A DNA stretch of 64,000 nucleotides, taken from assembly GCF_009834535.1 (NCBI RefSeq), contig NC_045697.1:84260001-84324000 (forward strand), in the 5' to 3' direction. Each line of letters opens with the position of its first letter. Positions within the stretch are counted from its first letter, which is position 1. Source of the stretch: Camelus ferus. Its lineage: Eukaryota. Shown here one piece after another: positions 1 to 9,777 of this stretch. The position numbers were made by a program, and so were the translations under genes. A model generated the notes under the pieces. It was not told the DNA's origin, did no database searches, and saw only the letters and a list, made by a program, of their open reading frames with translations.

Positions 1-6
1 ACTCAC

Positions 7-212
7 CATGGCAAAAAATACATGAAGAAAAACACCACTAGGTCGAAGAGGATGAAGAGCCAGAGATCCAACCAGTAGGACTGCTTTGGAAACTGGTTTG
101 CCCCGGAATGAGCCCGCACTTGGTTCTGCTGCTGCCTCTCGGCTTCACCCAAGCCTCGCCGCTCCCAGGGACCATTCCGACCATCTCCCGCCGCCGCCGC
201 GCCCCTTTCCAT
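7..212 (-). CDS. C4orf3: C4orf3 / ALN (another-regulin) coding exon 1; 68-aa tail-anchored SERCA-regulatory micropeptide
   Basis: ATG at 212-210 in strong Kozak context (aagATGG). Translation MERGAAAAGDGRNGPWERRGLGEAERQQQNQVRAHSGANQFPKQSYWLDLWLFILFDLVVFFFMYFLP matches the human ALN C-terminus SYWLDLWLFILFDVVVFLFVYFLP. The exon ends CCA TG, followed by donor GTGAGT (6-1). Confidence 0.93.
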
Positions 213-545
213 CTTGCACCAGTCGCCGGGCCACAATCCGAGCAGCTGGAAAGCCTCAGTTCCCGCACTTCCGTGTTCACCTCGCCGGAAACTGGGCAAA
301 CTACGATCGCACAGGCACACGCAGCTCCCCGCCCGGAAGTAGGCTCTGAGCCGCCCCTCCCACGGCGCAGGCGCGGCCGCCGCTCCGCTGTCTCCGTGAC
401 CGTAGGCCCGTAGCGCAGCCTCCACCCGGAAGCGGAGGAAGGGCGCCCGCCCACTCCGCCCTGCTGCGTCCAGGTGGGAAGCTAGTTGTTCGGGTTTCAC
501 TGGAAGGAATGCTTTGTGGCAAGACTGGAAGTTACCGTCACGTCC
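100..545 (-). promoter_or_regulatory. CpG-island promoter of C4orf3 with clustered ETS/GABP and GC-box motifs
   Basis: CpG-dense and GC-rich. ETS cores CACTTCCG (266-273), CCGGAA (285-290), CCGGAAGT (333-340), CCGGAAGC (426-433). GC boxes CCCCGCCC (327-334), CCCGCCC (446-452), CTCCGCCC (454-461). No TATA box. Confidence 0.8.
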
Positions 546-883
546 CATTCTGGTCAGGTGATGGATTCTACTTTGGAACTGCCCCTGGTCACCTCTCCTT
601 ATCCCTGTATTATTCCTTTTGGATCCTTAACGCCATGGATTTAAAAGGGCCGCTCTGATGCGTTTTGTACTGTCCCTAGCTTGTTACAGTTATTTTATTT
701 AATCCCTGAAACAGATGTAATCAGAGAGAGACATCATAATTATGAGCATCTGAGGAGGCTAGAGAGAAAAACGTGAGAATTTTGTATATACCTCAAAGGA
801 ATGAATTTAAGAATAATACAAGGGTTTGTGCTTGTGAACCCCCGTGAGATTAGAATGTTAGCAGAAATAAAATGATTTACCAC

Positions 884-1388
884 TGTAGGAGAGGAACAAT
901 TTTCCTCTGCCCTCTTTGGGTCTCCAGCTGGGCCTGAGAATTAAACTGACGTAAGACAGATTAACAGAAGAAAAAGATACAGGTTTTATTTATTTTTACA
1001 CGTACATGGGAACCTTCACAAGAGTGAAGACCTGAAGAAGTCAGGACACAAAGCTTTTATCTTTTTTAGTAAAAGAAATAATTAAGACAAAGGAGTTTGG
1101 GCTAAGGGTAGTAAGTTGTGGATAAATGACTAGGGAAAAAAACGTTAGTTTAACAAGGTTTGTTTGTATGGATTTCTTGGTCTGATTTCCCGTCTCTGGC
1201 GATAAAAATGTTTTCTTCCCGTGTAGGGAGGGCATCTTTTACTGGGCAGTTTTATCTCTTGCTTTCAGTAAGAAAAAGGAAGGTCAGAGTGCCCTTCTTG
1301 CACCTGCTGTTTCTCAGGTGCCTTTAACTCAAAACAATCAGTATGCCAGAGTGACATATTTTGGGGTGACACGTTCTGAACTCCTTAA
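884..1388 (-). mobile_element. MER34-group (ERV1) LTR, the 3' LTR of the decayed provirus
   Basis: The minus strand starts TTAAGGAGTTCAGAACGTGTCACCCCAAAATATGTCACTCTGGCATACTGATTGTTTTGAG (MER34-like 5' end, TG mutated to TT) and ends CCTCTCCTACA. AATAAA at 990-985. Preceded on the minus strand by a purine-rich PPT-like ACAGGGGAAA (1398-1389). Confidence 0.8.
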
Positions 1389-3012
1389 TTTCCCCTGTCT
1401 GAAACTTCCCTAGAAGTTTCACATAAAAGCTGAGTTGGGAGCTGTGGAGAGAAGAATTAGGTTAGCAACTGAGTGGCAAGGAATCTGCAAAGGGGGAGAA
1501 GAACATAGATTAGAATGAGGATGAGTAAACATAAAGTAACAAATCTAAGCACATTTCCCCATATCCCATTAAATTAAATAAATCTATCTCTAGGAATAGA
1601 TGAGTCCAATAGAATGGCTGAACCTCATTGATGGAGACTCTGTCTTGTCCTTCAGAATGTGCAGATTAGACACTATTTGTCCCAAGTGATTTACATAAAA
1701 GCATTCTTCACCAGTGACCTCACAAGCTTCTCCTTCTCAGGTTGTCAGTGTCTCCAGGGCAAGGCGATTTTGGAGTCCAACAGAGGCTAAGCTATTAGCT
1801 TTTAATTAAAAGGCTTCCAATATTTGCACAATAATGTTGAACTCTTGTTCTGTTACTATGGAAAGATTGAGAACTATTTTTCCAACTCATAAGCTCCAAA
1901 GCCTAGAAAAAGAGATCTCAGTACTGAAAAGAACTTAGAATTGTGATACACAAACCAGTTTTCTATAACATCTCACCTAGTATGTTTATGTGGCACTGCT
2001 TTATGAGTGAAGGAGCCCAAGTGTATAATTTGGCTAGCATTTAAGGTGAAGTACCTCGTAATAGAGGGTGTCAGGAGTTTGTGTCTGTATAGTTCTGACC
2101 ATCCAGGTAGGAACTCGTCATATACATGATCTCACGTAAGATAAAAACACCAATATCATTCAAAGATAAGATCAGATTGGAACTTGTGAGGTCCTAGTTG
2201 GGGTTTAGTGTGTCTTGTCACCTGTCAGGTTGGCATCTGTACATCTCCATCCTCTGTGTATTCCTGTCAGTCTGTAGGAGCAGAACAGGTTGTGAAATAT
2301 CTGATACAGGAGGCCTACGGTTAGGCCTTAACAGCTGTAATGCTTGTTTGTTTGTTTGTTTGTTTGTTTTTACTTCATCAACTTAGTCTGAATTTTTGGT
2401 CTACCTATATGTAATCTTAGGTCTTTGACAGCTAATTAGGGGAGCAGCTGAGCTAGCCCAGGCTACACAAAGGTGGCTTAGGAGTCAGCCATAACACCTG
2501 GTGATTTGACAGGTGTCCACACCATACAAGTCAGTGCTGAGACCATTTATGCCTTCAGGAAGGCTTGAGGATGCTGTCTATGGAATCAGACCTTAGTATG
2601 TCACCTAGGAAAGGTCCAGTACCATGCCTGTTATCAATTCAAATGGAAAAATTCCCTTTTAACATCTTTACCTGAGCAGAGGACAGTCCTTGAGCTTCCA
2701 TAGAGGTTTTTCTGTGTCCAGTTAACTCACTGAAAGGAGAAGAGTAACATCGTTTTCTTGATCATGGCTGCCATTGCCCGTCAAGCATTCATTTCCAGAG
2801 TTGGTCCACCAGGGGCTCGTGTTGGCAAGAACAAAAATTATTTCAGGTTCTTTTGCATGATGTAGATGTTGACATGGCCAGCAATCACATTGATTAGTTG
2901 TTGTGGCCAAGGTTTGGAAAACTAGCAGAGGCGGGGTGTCTGGTTTGTGCTTGATCTGTTGAGAAAACAGTAAGAGCTAGTAAGAGTGAAGACATGGTTT
3001 GAGAGAGCCTGC
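1385..3012 (-). pseudogene. Decayed retroviral env of the HEMO/ERVMER34-1 (MER34) family
   Basis: Manual translation across frameshifts gives VFQTLATTTNQCDCWPCQHLHHAKEPEIIFVLANTSPWWTNSG; MEAQGLSSAQVKMLKGNFSI*IDNRHGTGPFLGDI; NLFCSYRLTGIHRGWRCTDANLT; NASQIIHLGSFTHKAVPHKHTR*; LRSLFLGFGAYELEK; NSLASVGLQNRLALETLTT*EGEACEVTGEECFYVN; TM segment WGNVLRFVTLCLLILILIYVLL. All are collinear with HEMO as recalled. Multiple stops and frameshifts. Confidence 0.88.
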
Positions 3013-3289
3013 AGTGGAGGATCAGAGGGAAAATAGAATAGATGGAGACAAGCAATCTCCAGTCAGCCTTTTAATAAATAGCTAAAGAAAAGGAAGTCTT
3101 TGTTAAAAGGAAGATTTAAAAAAAATTTCCCTCTGGGTATAGGGAGACCCACTAGAGGGAGAAAATAGGTGAAAGTGAAGTTTCTTGATCTCTGATCTTG
3201 GAGAAAACTTCATGATTTTATCTGCTTATGGGGCCTGGGAACCCTTAGTTTAAGTTCACCTTAGGGATGGTCTTCCAGTTGTCCTGGGA

Positions 3290-4085
3290 GTGCTGATCTG
3301 GGTCAAAGGTGACGTGGCTCATGTTAATCCAGGAGAATTCTCCCTTTATTTCAATGGCAGTGTACGTGGTTAGCAGTTTGTAAGGACCTTCCCAGCAAGG
3401 TGACAATGCGTGCTTTCTTCTAAAAACCTTGATTCACACCCCATCTCCTGGTCAAAAGTGATAGGAAAGCTTGCCAGTTAGTGAATGCCTTGCCCTTTTT
3501 ACCTGTAGTTCCTGTGTATAACTCGTCATAGGATCAAATTGTTCACTTGAGTCCCTGTACTGTTCTGTGAATCCAGGAATGGAAGGTTTAGGGATGCCAG
3601 TAGGCATGTGACCAAATACTGTTTTGGAAGGGGTTAATCCATGTCTTCTTTGGAGTATTCTGGATTTTTATAAGGGCCAGAGGTAGTTCTTCTGGCTATT
3701 AAGTCAAATCTCTTGACAGACTTTTCCCAAAGTCTTTTTTAGGCCTAGATTTTTATGTTCTCTTTTTACTCTGAGGATTGGGCATACTACATGGTATGAA
3801 ATTTTAGCGAGTACCCCCAAATTTTTGCAAGCAGGTGGTTTATTTCTGCTGTAAAATGAGTTCCTTGGTCTGACTCAATCCATAAAGGAATACCCAAATG
3901 AGAAATAATCTCAGTTATTAAATTCTTTACCACTGTGTGGTTTCAGCATGTCTAGTCGAATGGCATTTAGTTCACCCACTAAATACACAGGCAGGAAACC
4001 ATCACTGGGAATAGCCTAAAGCTGGAGGTAAATCTGTGGACTCCATGAAGTGCTGCAAGGGACAGTGTGGTAGAGGAGAATATTT
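3290..4085 (-). pseudogene. Decayed class I (gamma-like) ERV pol integrase remnant
   Basis: Minus-strand translation gives TDLPPALGY...CVFSG*; VKNLITEIISHLGIPLWIESDQGTHFTAEI (SDQGTHF at 3873-3853); KFHTM*YAQSSE; and a C-terminal GPY/F motif WEGPYKLLTTYTAIEIKGEFSWINMSHV (WEGPY at 3394-3380). Confidence 0.88.
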
Positions 4086-4089
4086 CCTG

Positions 4090-4700
4090 GCCTGCAGCTG
4101 CTGACAAGGATGGGTGTTACTGACTAGGTATTTCACCCTGCAGGGCTGCAGCTGCTGAGAGATCCTGGGACCTCTAACATAAGCCAGCAGAAGAGAAGAA
4201 TTCTACCAGTCAGTCTCCCAGATCTTTGCCTGCAGTATCCAGTCAACCCGAGAATGGTAAGTCTCTCTTTGTCTTTTTCCTTTCTAAATTTAGGTTGGCA
4301 GGAGGAAACATTTGTGTGAACCATTCTTTTGGATTATAGGGACTCTGGTGTTTTCTGCTGTGAGTACTCTTCTCTTTCTAATGGCTGTAGAGAAAGAAAA
4401 GCTTAAAAAACAATCTCCCTAGACCCCAGCACCCTCGGAGGGTACATTTTCCCCCTTTTGAGGGACAGTACTCCATCAAATGATAGGGTCAGCTGGTCTC
4501 CAGTCCCACCCCAGAGCTCACCATTAAACTTACAGTAGAGGATTAGAAACTGGACTTCTTAATTGACACTGGTGCACATTTACAGTCCATTCAGAGGATT
4601 TATCTCTGCCTATCACCTCTGATTCTATTCAAGCTGTCGGATTCTCTGGGCAATCTGTTTTATTGTCCATATCTCATCCCACCCCGGTAGACTCAGGACT
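4090..4700 (+). pseudogene. ERV leader-like segment plus retroviral aspartic protease remnant, opposite in orientation to int/env
   Basis: Plus-strand translation PELTIKLTVED*KLDFLIDTGAH (DTGA at 4565-4576), then after a frameshift LPITSDSIQAVGFSGQ (flap-like). The upstream part resembles an ERV1 leader with donor-like ATG|GTAAGT (4257-4262). Confidence 0.7.
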
Positions 4701-6829
4701 TCAATTTTTTTTTTCTCTTCTGTCATTACTGCTTTACATACCTATGATAGTTTTCTTTGACAGTTATACAGTCATCAAAACGAATAGCTATCTGTTGCAG
4801 CTTCTCTTTTAGCTTCATCTTGGCCTTTAGCAGTTCCCATCCATATACCCCACTATTAATCTGTCTCTGCGCCACTCAGCCAGCCTAGTGCCCAGCAAAC
4901 ACCCTTTGCTCCATCCAGATTGCCTTCTTCCTTCTTCCTCATGGAAACTGTCCTCTTGGCCTTTGGGCTTTGGTGCATGTTGTTCTCACTAAACTGTAAT
5001 GCTTCCCCACCTGTCCTAATCTTACCTGTCCTTTTTCATTTCAAATACCAACTTCAGAAAGTTTTCCTCACTACAGTTCACCCTGATCTCTCCGTTTATA
5101 GTATTTTTGATACACCAATTGCATAAAGTTCAGATTAACTCATCTCCAACTATTTCAGATGTCATGCTTTCCTGCTGGGGAGAGAGTTATCTTCTGAAGA
5201 CCAGGCAGTGAAGCATTTGTTCCAATAGCTTTGGCCTTTCTTCCGTATTAGTTACCCTCACCATTCTTTAACAGCCACCTGTTGATGAAGCTGTTTGTTG
5301 GTCATTTTTCAAAATTTCTCTTCCTTCAGCTTGAAAAACAATGACATTTTCTTGGCATATTCTTTGGTACATTGGCTTGCTTTGTAGCACAATTTTATGT
5401 GAACTGTCTTCCCTATCAGAGTATTAAATACTCTTTAGGAGGGAGACTATATTTTTATATAGTCTTCAAACAGTACTTTGAATGTATAAGAAATTACATT
5501 TTTGTTCAGTTATATTTTGTTGTATTCTGCAGCCATTAATAGAATTTTGGTCAAAAAATACTTGATGCATTATCGCTTTTGTAACATAATAGTGTAATGA
5601 TACAACTAAGATCTACCACTACTGGTCTACCAGTCTCAGCAGGGATACTTTCTGAGGTTTTCTTAGTCTAGTAATGGTTATACACTAATCCTGTCCCCTT
5701 TTTTGGATTTCTTGTCTTTAATTTCAGTACATACTCTTTGAATGCCTACTGTGTGTAAGGCACCGTCTGAAGAGCTACAGGAGATAGAGATGCAGTAGTC
5801 ATCAAATTTAATAGAATTACTGACTGAGGACATCTCACAGACATAGGATATTCAGACACTCTGTCCAGGGCCCTGGGTTTCTGCATCATGGTTTGGGTGT
5901 CAGGAAGGCTGAGCAGGACTGGCTGTGAATAAACTGCCTACCCTCTTCCCCATATCTACTCGCAGACTTCAACCATAAGAGCTCAGTTTTGTTTACTTTA
6001 TATTTTAGGGTTTCATAAAATATTTTATTTCAAAATAAAGAAGGTATTCTGCTTCTTTTTGAAGTTTAAAAACAACTTCAATACGGTTGGTAGGCATAGA
6101 TGACAAAGATGTTGAAATGCGCAGCCTTGAAATCTCGTTGTGCTAATCAGCAGAGCAATCAACCTGATTTTGTTTTACTGAAAGCTGTTAGAGGGACAGT
6201 CATTGAGATTGAAAGGTTAGTCAATACATGAAATGTCTTTTTTCCCATAAAGTTATATAATAGGCTTCCAAGAGTAGACGTGACAATATTAACATAGGCA
6301 CAAACTAGAATAATTGTGTTGAGTAAATGGATGCCAAGGTGATAGCTGCTATATATAAAATATTAACCCGTGTTACACTTATTTTATATAAGCATGAGAA
6401 ATGTCAGCGTGTTAACAGCAGTTAACTCTGGGAGATGGGATCACAGATCATTTTATTCTTTGTACGTTTTCACAAGGGAAGTTGGGAAGAAAGATTTTTG
6501 AAATCAGTTAGAGCAAGGAAGAGGTAGTCTAGTTCAAAATTATTATTTAACCATTTCTAACATCAGATCACAGGCACGAGGCACATGAGTATCAGGGGAT
6601 TATAATCATTTCTAACAGCTTTTCAAACTGTAGTTTGTGGAGTTCTATGTTTCCTTAGGGAAAATTTAGGGACTAACATAGAGGAGATAGATGCAAGGAG
6701 TGAGGCTTCAAATCACTACTGGAAGAGCTCAGCTTTTACATTCATATTTATAAATATACCCCATTAGAAAACAGATTTTTGGATATTTTTTTTCCTGCTC
6801 TGGTGAGAGTTCTGTCGAAAAGTCACCTT

Positions 6830-7570
6830 GGGAGACCTGTATTCAAAATGGTGGAGTAGGTAACTCCACGCCTCTGTCCCTCCACAGAAATATTGAAAAA
6901 TAAGCCAAAACTATCTGAAACAAGTCTGTCAGATCTCTGGGAAACAGCCAGAGGTTTACAGAAACCAAGAAAACCCTGAATCAAAACATATGAAGAAGAC
7001 ATAGATGGAATTGAAGGGAGAAATAGACAGATCTACAATAATAATTGAAAAATTTAATACCCCACTTTCAATAATGGGGAAAATATCTAGACAGAAGATC
7101 AGTAAGGAAACAGAGAATTTTCAGACAAAGAAAGACAAATACTGTATGATATCACTTATATGTGGAATCTAAAAAGTAAAACAAACTAGTGAATATAGCA
7201 AAAAAGAAACAGACTCACAGGTATAGATAATGAACTAGTGGTTACCAGAGGGAAGAGAGAAGAGTGGAGGGGCAGGATGGGAGTCGTGGATTAAGAGGTA
7301 CAGACTACTGTGTATAAAATAAATGAGCTACAAGGATGTATTGTGCTACACAGAGCACATAGCCAGTATTTTATAACAAATATAAGTGGAGTATATAGCC
7401 TTTAAAAATTGTGAATCACTGTGTTGTACCCCTGAACCATATAGTATTGTAAATCAACTATACCTCAATAAAAAAGAAAAGAAAATTGAGGACTTGCACA
7501 ATACTGTAAACCAATGAGACCTAACAGACATATATAGACTACTCCACACAAGAACTGCAGAGTACAGCCC
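6830..7570 (+). mobile_element. Composite L1 fragments: old 5'UTR/endonuclease pieces interrupted by an L1 3' end
   Basis: L1 5'-like CAAAATGGTGGAGTAGG near 6845; EN-like GAATTGAAGGGAGAAATAGACAG...ACCCCACTTTCAATAATG; 3'-end block 7120-7480 ending AACTATACCTCAATAAAAAAG. Confidence 0.7.
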
Positions 7571-7929
7571 ATCAATTGGTAATCCAGGCAGACTAAAACA
7601 GAGAGTATATTGACTTTAGAAACTGGGAGGAATAAAGTTCACAAACTGTTCAACGTTACCACCTCACAAAATAATCCTGCACAAATTCCAGCTCAAAATA
7701 AACGAAGAAGCTTGAAGCTGTTGCTTGTTTCGTAACACTCATTCAGTTGCACTACTCTGCTCTTCCTAAGCTAGCGACTCCAAGTTCTCATAGAATGTGT
7801 TGATTAAAGTCTTTGTATTGTACATCCCAGAAACCCATAAATTTAACTCCAGGGCTGTTTTAAGACTGTCATGAGTCCACAGATCAGAACCCAGGGCTTT
7901 TACTCTGACTGTTATCATGTAAGCCATAA

Positions 7930-8240
7930 CTAGAATGGCTCATTCCCCCCACTTCTTTCAGGTTGTTGCTCAAGCATCACATACTCAGGTTACTTTCCTG
8001 ACCGCCCTATTTAAAATTGTACTCACGGTCTCACCCCTAGCATCTCATCCCTCTTCCTGGCCTTGTTTTCTACATAGCGTTTATCTAATGTACTTTACAT
8101 TTTACCTTTTCCTCCTTTATGTTATCTGCATCCCCCTCCCTGGCAACAGGGATTTTTGGTCTGTCTGCTTCACTGTTGTATTTCTGACACCAAGATCAGC
8201 ACCTGTATCTAATAAATGTTTAAAAAGTACTTGTTGAATC
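7930..8240 (+). mobile_element. L2 3'-end fragment
   Basis: Ends with an L2-like tail (GTCTGCTTCACTGTTGTATTTC...AGTACTTGTTGAAT). Confidence 0.55.
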
Positions 8241-8289
8241 ATACTTTGCAAGAAAATTTACCTACATAATCATGCGAAATAAAATTGAA

Positions 8290-8540
8290 TTTGGACTCTA
8301 GAACATATAGTCTCTAGAACTAGACAGTTTGGGTTCAAATCCTGGTTCAGCCACTTACTGGCTGTTGACCTTTGGCCAAGTTACATGACTTCTCTTTGCC
8401 TCAGTTACCTCATGTGTAAAATGACAGTAGTATCACTAGTTCTTATTTACAGAGTTGTTGTGAGGAGCAATACGAGTTGATTTTTATGAAGCATTTTGAA
8501 CAGTACCTGGCTTTTTGTAAACACTGTATGTGTTACCTTG
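8290..8540 (+). mobile_element. MIR SINE
   Basis: GGGTTCAAATCCTGGTTCAGCCACTTACTGGCTGTTGACCTTTGGCCAAGTTAC...GCCTCAGTTACCTCATGTGTAAAATG core. Confidence 0.75.
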
Positions 8541-9247
8541 TGTGGTAGTAATAGTGGCATTGAACTGCATCCAAGTTAGTGCTGTTTTGTGGATAAAACA
8601 TTTATTTAGTTTTTACAATTTGCTCTTTGTATTTGGAGCCAATTTACACTTTGAAGATTTTGTAGGCCTTAGGAAGTAGCCTTTTCATGTATGGTTACAG
8701 ATGAAAATAAGGATGAAAAGAATCTCAAATGTACATTAGGCCTCTTAGAATTCAGGAAAGACCATATCATCAGGCATGTTAACCAAGACAGGCCGACAGA
8801 AAATATAATTGAAGATACTATGTGTTTCTATGAGAACTTAACACTACTTCTTTGTAATGCCTATCACAATTGTTTTTACTTTTAATGTCGATCTTCAGCC
8901 TCTAGATTCTACTCTTTTAAGCTGGATTCAAAGCTCCATGGGACAAAATAGATTTTTCTTGTTTGCTACAAAAACTCATGTCATACTTGTCACATAGCAG
9001 ATGCTTAATTCATAGATGGTTAAAGAAATATGTACCCTAGGCCACTCAGGATCCAACGTTGCTGTAGTAAACAAGTTATATTTTTATTCACCAGCTGGAC
9101 GGATTCATTATTTCCATCTCTAAGAACCTATCTCTTCACCCTCTTTTCTTCTATCCAGTTTCTGTTTCCTAGAACTCACCGGGAGCCCTTTTGCCTCATG
9201 GCCTCTGTTGTCTGCCTTTCCCTCTGTGCCTTTCTCCTTTTGCCCAT

Positions 9248-9777
9248 TGTTAGGGAGGAAGATATTTTCCTCTACCCTCCTAGGTTCTTTTGACTGGTCT
9301 AAGAATTAAACTGACTTGAGAAAATCAAACAAAAGTTAAATAACATGTATACATGAGAGACCCAGGAAAACTGAGTAACTTGCCAAAATGGCCAAAACCC
9401 TCCCCTTAAATATTATCTTCAGCTGGTGATAAAAGAGACCATTGAGGGTAGTGGTTTGGGAATTCAAAGGGAAGAAAAGCAATTCTCCTAGAGATGGAAA
9501 AGCAAATGTGTGGTAAATAAATGTTTCCTGGGCCAAGCTGAGAAAATGGGACAGTGAGTGGGCTCTGATCTCTAGGCTGGGCTGAGTTTCCCCTACCATA
9601 CCTAGCCTATATTCTTTGCAGATACTTCTGGAACAAGCCCTATTTTTAAATATTTTAGGAAGCTAAGAATGAGGGAGAAAGGAAGACTTCCTCAGTTTTC
9701 TGTTTCTTAAAAATAACCTAAATTAATGATTATGCCAAAGAGATACATTTGGGGTAGGCAAATTTTGTTGCCCTACA
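9248..9777 (-). mobile_element. Solo MER34-group LTR with 4-bp TSD
   Basis: TG...CA termini. The minus strand starts TGTAGGGCAACAAAATTTGCCTACCCCAAATGTATCTCTTTGGCATA. Flanked by CCAT at 9244-9247 and 9778-9781. Both ends resemble the 884-1388 LTR. Confidence 0.8.

Noticed and set aside
38..522. Four overlapping ORFs in other frames or strands over the C4orf3 CpG island
   Set aside because: Expected from stop-codon scarcity in GC-rich DNA; no recognisable homology.
2722..2910. 62-aa ORF as a functional env-derived peptide
   Set aside because: Starts at a non-ATG codon, is cut off from the signal peptide by a frameshift, and drifts out of the env frame.
9248..9777. Possible missing 5' LTR of the 884-4700 provirus
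   Set aside because: It has its own CCAT TSD on both sides, differs internally from the first LTR, and is separated from it by MIR/L2-containing host DNA.
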